Assembly: GCA_012862495.1 (NCBI GenBank)
Contig: BLSG01000421.1
Coordinates: 85,191 to 134,190 of the forward strand
Source of the DNA: Thraustochytrium aureum
Taxonomy: Eukaryota
Direction: 5' to 3'
DNA length: 49,000 nt
Shown: positions 44,836 to 49,000 of the stretch, in pieces
Layout: every line of letters starts with the position of its first letter
Position numbering within the stretch: position 1 is the stretch's first letter
Translations under genes and position numbers: made by a program
The notes under the pieces: generated by a model
The model's input: the letters and a program-made list of their open reading frames with translations, nothing else
Database searches by the model: none
What the model was told of the DNA's origin: nothing

Positions 44836-45556
44836 TCACGCAAGCACGGCCTGGCGCTCCTCTCCCGCAGCGACCGGCTCGGAAGTGTCCACCTCAACCT
44901 GGCTAGGACCGACAGCCGTGCTCGGCGCCGTTGGCAGCGTCGCGTCGATCGCAGCGGCCTCGCTCTCCTCGAGCTCCTCGAGCTCGGCCAGAACGTCTGT
45001 TTCGTCCTCCGGGTTGAGCTCGCCGGAAATAAGCTCGTCGATCTCGCGCTGGCGGTCCATGGCCTCTTGGGTGTCGGCCATGATTTCCTCCACCTCGGAG
45101 ACGTCCAGCTGAAGCTCTTTGAGCGCCTTGTTTCCCGCTTTCATGCCCTCCACCTGCGCACGCAAAGGCAAGCGAGCCAACCGTCAGCGAACCAAGCTTG
45201 AATGGAGCCCGTACCGCCTGCCCCGGCGAGCCCAACTTACGATTTCCACCTGATGCTGCGCCCACTCGACGTTCTGCACGAGCTGCTCCAAGTTGAGCAG
45301 CTGTGCGTTCACCTTTTCAATCTGCGACTCGCGCATTTTCTTGAGCCGCAGCGCGAGCTTGGCCTGGTCCTTCTTCTTGAGCTTGAGCAGCTCCCGCGCC
45401 TTGACCACGTACACATCCTTCTCTTTCTCGTGCTTCTTGCGCGCCTTATCCAGCCGATCGCGAGCCACTTTCAGGTCCAGCACGGCCTTGTCCTTCACGC
45501 TCAGCGTGGGCTTGGCAGCCGCCGCCTGCTTCTGCCCCTTCGAAAACGCCCGCCAT
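44836..45556 (-). CDS. VPS20: ESCRT-III subunit Vps20/CHMP6, with one intron (45154-45240, 87 nt)
   Basis: DKAVLDLKVARDRL...AKLALRLKK...QLLNLEQLVQNVEWA..QVEI|VEGMKAGNKALKEL...VEEIMADT. The intron has GTAAGT, GCTGAC and CAG. The ATG at 45556 is out of frame by a small indel. Confidence 0.9.
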
Positions 45557-45910
45557 CCTGCACGCCCGNNNNNNNNNNNNNNNNNNNNNNNNNNNNNNNN
45601 NNNNNNNNNNNNNNNNNNNNNNNNNNNNNNNNNNNNNNNNNNNNNNNNNNNNNNNNNNNNNNNNNNNNNNNNNNNNNNNNNNNNNNNNNNNNNNNNNNNN
45701 NNNNNNNNNNNNNNNNNNNNNNNNNNNNNNNNNNNNNNNNNNNNNNNNNNNNNNNNNNNNNNNNNNNNNNNNNNNNNNNNNNNNNNNNNNNNNNNNNNNN
45801 NNNNNNNNNNNNNNNNNNNNNNNNNNNNNNNNNNNNNNNNNNNNNNNNNNNNNNNNNNNNNNNNNNNNNNNNNNNNNNNNNNNNNNNNNNNNNNNNNNNN
45901 NNNNNNNNNN

Positions 45911-46957
45911 GAGGACGCCCCGAGTCGCGCGCAGCGGCCTGCACAGGACGCGCTTGACCTGAGCGACCTCGCTGGCTCCGGCGGGGATCACGTCGCGCAC
46001 GTGCTCGCGCTGCTTCAGCTGAGCGAGGATGTGAACGCGCGGATGGGCACGCTGTTCGGGGAGTCGTCGGACGGCGAAGAGCTGCTCGTCGAAATCATCA
46101 AAGGCGCACTTGGCCCTCGCGTTGTAAGGGCCAGGTCGATCGTGCAGGGCAGTTTCGACGCTCTCGGCTCGGCGCTTGGTCCCGCCGCGGAGGCGGCTGC
46201 CCAGCTCGGCGCTGACCAAGCCGCAGACGAGCTTGGCAGGCTCGAGCGGGCGGTCCTGCACGACTTTGAAGCGGCAGCTCGCCGACTGTCGGCGCTTCGA
46301 CAGAGCGCTGCGAACAAGCACCGAACTGTGCTGCAGAGGGCGCACGGGGCGCTGTTGAATGAGGTCCGTCTGCTTGCGTTCGAGGGCGGTTGCGCGCGAG
46401 TCGGTGATGCCCTTGCACAGCGCGAGGAACTCGCGAGCCTCCAAGCGGAGCACTGGGACATGCACCAAGGCGGTGCCGTGCGGCTCTCAGAGAAGGAGAT
46501 CGCTCACGTGGCGCACCTACGCTCTTCTGTCGGAGTAGGCGGGGAAGGTGGTCGCGACTCCACGACAAGCGCGCAGGTGGGCCTCTTCTTCCAAAAGGCC
46601 GTCAGGGTGGCCAACGACAGAGCCGCCGTTGCAGCCGCCAGCAAGTGCTCTGCGGGTGCGCGATTGGCCTCCGTGAAAGATGCTGCATCCTGCAAGGCGC
46701 TGGAAGGCGAGCTCAGATGCGGCGACGCGGACAAGCAAGTTCTTCTCGATGCGCTTGGGGTCAGCGTGTCGACAGACGATCGGGGGTGCGCGCTCGCACA
46801 AGTCATTGGGTTCCTCAACGGGCCACGAGCACAAGTCGTGGATCTGGCAGCGACTTGGGCGGCCAACAGCGACGTTGAGACGAGGAAGCGCGTCATGGGC
46901 GCGCTACGCGAGCTGGTTTTGCGGGGCTCGCAAATTCCTGGCGTGTGGCTATCGTAG
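45911..46957 (+). CDS. Hypothetical alpha-helical protein, 3' part (5' end in gap)
   Basis: Open frame of about 348 codons with typical codon usage and Ala/Leu-rich helices; no family recognised. Confidence 0.6.
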   Translation, partial: EDAPSRAQRPAQDALDLSDLAGSGGDHVAHVLALLQLSEDVNARMGTLFGESSDGEELLVEIIKGALGPRVVRARSIVQGSFDALGSALGPAAEAAAQLGADQAADELGRLERAVLHDFEAAARRLSALRQSAANKHRTVLQRAHGALLNEVRLLAFEGGCARVGDALAQREELASLQAEHWDMHQGGAVRLSEKEIAHVAHLRSSVGVGGEGGRDSTTSAQVGLFFQKAVRVANDRAAVAAASKCSAGARLASVKDAASCKALEGELRCGDADKQVLLDALGVSVSTDDRGCALAQVIGFLNGPRAQVVDLAATWAANSDVETRKRVMGALRELVLRGSQIPGVWLS

Positions 46958-47112
46958 CGATCCTGTCCCGCCGCCACCCTGTTTCGTGCGTGCTTTCAAG
47001 AGACAAGCGACTGACGAGACAATTTTTGATGAGCTCTAGGTCAGCTACGAAAGGAGTAACAGCGCCACAGACGAGGCGCCACGAGCAAGACTGCGGGGCC
47101 GTACAGGGGCCC

Positions 47113-49000
47113 CTAAAAGTCGATGCTTATTTCATGAACCGTGCCAATGTACACCCACGACTCCGAAAGCCCCCACGGGTAGGGAAAGACCGCCGCAGCA
47201 ACGGTGTACCTCACGCCGGGATATGTGTGGTCGAGCACGCCAACCTCAGCAAGCTTGGACATAATCTCCTGCACGTTGATCGTCTTGAACGAGTAGATCG
47301 ACCCGTTCCAAATCGCTGCTGGCGGCAGCTCCCTGGCGAGAGCCAACGGGATGCCCAGGTGGTTGCCCGCTTCGAGCGTCCGCGACTGCGACACCTCGCT
47401 GGACTGAGCGAGTGCGTTGCACTCCACGATCTGCGCCTTGGACCTAAACAGCTCGCCTTGGAGGATACGGGACAGGTTTGTGTCAAAAAGCGTGTCCGGC
47501 AGGAACAGGTTGTGCTGGCGGTAGAGCGAGATTGCATCTACAAGGTCGCTCAACAAGATCTTGGACTCGAGAGCCTTGTGGCGGCACGCCAACGAAGGGA
47601 GCATGGCAAAGTCTGGCGGGGCATACACCGGCTGCATGTCGCCGATCGACCGGAGAGCGGCACCTGTGAGGAAAGGCTCCCAGAGTCTCTTTTTGCCGTT
47701 CGCATTCGCCAAGGAACTGAATGTTGTGCGCCCAATCATTGTGCTTCGATGCGCGTTCATCCACAGGTTCTTGTCGTTGAAAATGCACCGTATCGTTTTT
47801 GGGGCGTGGGGGTCGTCCTGGGTGAACCAAACCCCGGTGGCCGGGTTCCAAAACCTGATCGAAACGTCTTCGCGGTCCTTGCGAACAGAGAGCATCTCAT
47901 TTTGCCGGCGGAAGTCAAAGCTGGTCGGAGCCACCTTGAAGCGCCTGTTGCCAAACACGATGTCCTCGGCCTCGGCGTCCGCGTCGTCGTCGTCCCGGTC
48001 CTGGGGCTCCGCCCTGCTTCCCGGGGCGTTACCCCCCATCCAGTTGAGGTCTCGGAATGCGGTGGAGGTGCGGCTCGCTCCCGTCGACACCTTGCGCTCT
48101 GGACTGTCCTCCTGGCGACCGCGACCAGATTGGCCCAATCCACTGCCTTGAAGCTGGTCGGGATGGTGCTTGTGGTGCTTGTGGTGGGGGTGGTGATGGT
48201 GGTTGGGTTGCGCGGCGTGTTGAGCGGTCTCGGCTGCGCCTTGCGGCGTCGACTGCTGCTCGTCGGGGCTACACGCGCTCTCTGCTTCGCGGTCAGGATT
48301 CGATTCTCGGCGAGGGTGCAGCGTGAGGACCCACGGCTGCTCTGTCTCGCAAAAGCAAATATATGCCGCCTCGCCAAGGCCCAAGAATACTCCGCAGAGC
48401 AGGATCGCTGCCTCAATCGACGAAACCTTCTTGGACATGAGGCCCAAGGAAGGCGATACGATCGTCTCGTACTGCCAGTCGCTGTTGGACGAGTCGCACT
48501 GCGCAAATGCTCCAGAGTCCAGTGCCGCGATTGCAGCTGCAGCTTGATTCATGTCCCGCACGCCAATGCCCTGGAAGGGCTGGACAAAGTTCGGCAACAG
48601 ATGGAAAGCGCCGTATTCGTCCTTGGCGAGGCACTTGAACCTGCGACGAGGGAACCGTGAGAAGAAAAAGTTGCGCCGCCTCTTCCAATAAGCGAAAAGG
48701 TCGAAGACCTGTTCAGTTGGCTCGATTTCAGAGGATCGAAACGTGGCTGATGAGCGGGCCATGCTGTAGTTTGAAAAGGTCTGCTCGAGGCTTCGTCGAA
48801 TCGATTCTGCATAGGCAACAGCCCGAGGTTGCACGTTTTTCACCTGGTACGTGTGCCAGAGCTGAACGAGCGGCTCTGGTATCGTGATGGCAAGCTCCAC
48901 AGTCGGCTGCACTTGGTACTTGGACGCCGGGGAAATGGTGTTGAGCTCAAGCCTGCAGGTAACCGGAGCTCCGTCCCGCGCATTGGCGAGGAACCAGGAA
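47113..49000 (-). CDS. CC2D2A (MKS6)/CEP76-family protein, C-terminal transglutaminase-like region (continues beyond the window)
   Basis: AAILLCGVFLGLGEAAYI...WVLT, FWNPATG...IRCIFNDKNLWMN and C-terminal AAAVFPYPWGLSESWVYIGTV match the CC2D2A/CEP76 pattern. The frame is open to the window edge. Confidence 0.78.
   Translation of the reverse strand, partial: SWFLANARDGAPVTCRLELNTISPASKYQVQPTVELAITIPEPLVQLWHTYQVKNVQPRAVAYAESIRRSLEQTFSNYSMARSSATFRSSEIEPTEQVFDLFAYWKRRRNFFFSRFPRRRFKCLAKDEYGAFHLLPNFVQPFQGIGVRDMNQAAAAIAALDSGAFAQCDSSNSDWQYETIVSPSLGLMSKKVSSIEAAILLCGVFLGLGEAAYICFCETEQPWVLTLHPRRESNPDREAESACSPDEQQSTPQGAAETAQHAAQPNHHHHPHHKHHKHHPDQLQGSGLGQSGRGRQEDSPERKVSTGASRTSTAFRDLNWMGGNAPGSRAEPQDRDDDDADAEAEDIVFGNRRFKVAPTSFDFRRQNEMLSVRKDREDVSIRFWNPATGVWFTQDDPHAPKTIRCIFNDKNLWMNAHRSTMIGRTTFSSLANANGKKRLWEPFLTGAALRSIGDMQPVYAPPDFAMLPSLACRHKALESKILLSDLVDAISLYRQHNLFLPDTLFDTNLSRILQGELFRSKAQIVECNALAQSSEVSQSRTLEAGNHLGIPLALARELPPAAIWNGSIYSFKTINVQEIMSKLAEVGVLDHTYPGVRYTVAAAVFPYPWGLSESWVYIGTVHEISIDF

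Noticed and set aside
11038..45556. Mass pseudogenisation or Euplotes-style programmed frameshifting
   Set aside because: The genes keep their catalytic motifs, the breaks share no slippery or stop motif, and they involve all four bases at homopolymers, which is typical of sequencing error.
1446..46468. Long ORFs spanning N-runs and the many Arg/Ala/Pro-rich antisense or alternate-frame ORFs
   Set aside because: These are artefacts of N translation and of stop-codon scarcity in high-GC DNA. They overlap better-supported genes and show no motifs.
1..49000. rRNA, tRNA or transposase/RT genes
   Set aside because: No recognisable sequence or motif was seen by eye; a covariance-model search was not possible.

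Overview
Gene-dense, GC-rich eukaryotic (protist) genomic DNA from a draft assembly with about 13 N-gaps. It has few short GT-AG introns (57-146 nt, GTAAGT/GTACGT donors, CTGAC-type branch points) and ciliary genes. The style (GCAG/TCGC microsatellites, compact genes) suggests a stramenopile such as a thraustochytrid, but that assignment is only an inference. About 22 protein-coding genes are recognisable: a secreted cPLA2/PLB-like lipase, ATX1, an atypical ARL GTPase, RNF10, an acidic protein, a Frag1/DRAM-like membrane protein, ALG11, an FAAH-type amidase, a TGL4/SDP1 TAG lipase, a large EF-hand protein, lipin, an NCKX exchanger, BLOC1S2, phospholipase D, transportin-3/importin-13, a DUF3712 protein, SKA2, VPS20, a CC2D2A/CEP76-family gene and several hypotheticals. 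Many genes carry single-base frameshifts at short homopolymers, most likely sequencing errors. The standout is an NCKX (SLC24-type) exchanger with a complete S1-S4 voltage-sensor domain (S4 R-K-R-R-R-K) inserted in frame in its central cytoplasmic loop, a candidate voltage-gated Ca2+ exchanger. Also notable are a recurrent CTAGAGCTAG quasi-palindrome about 15-40 bp downstream of stop codons and five lipid-hydrolase genes within about 33 kb.
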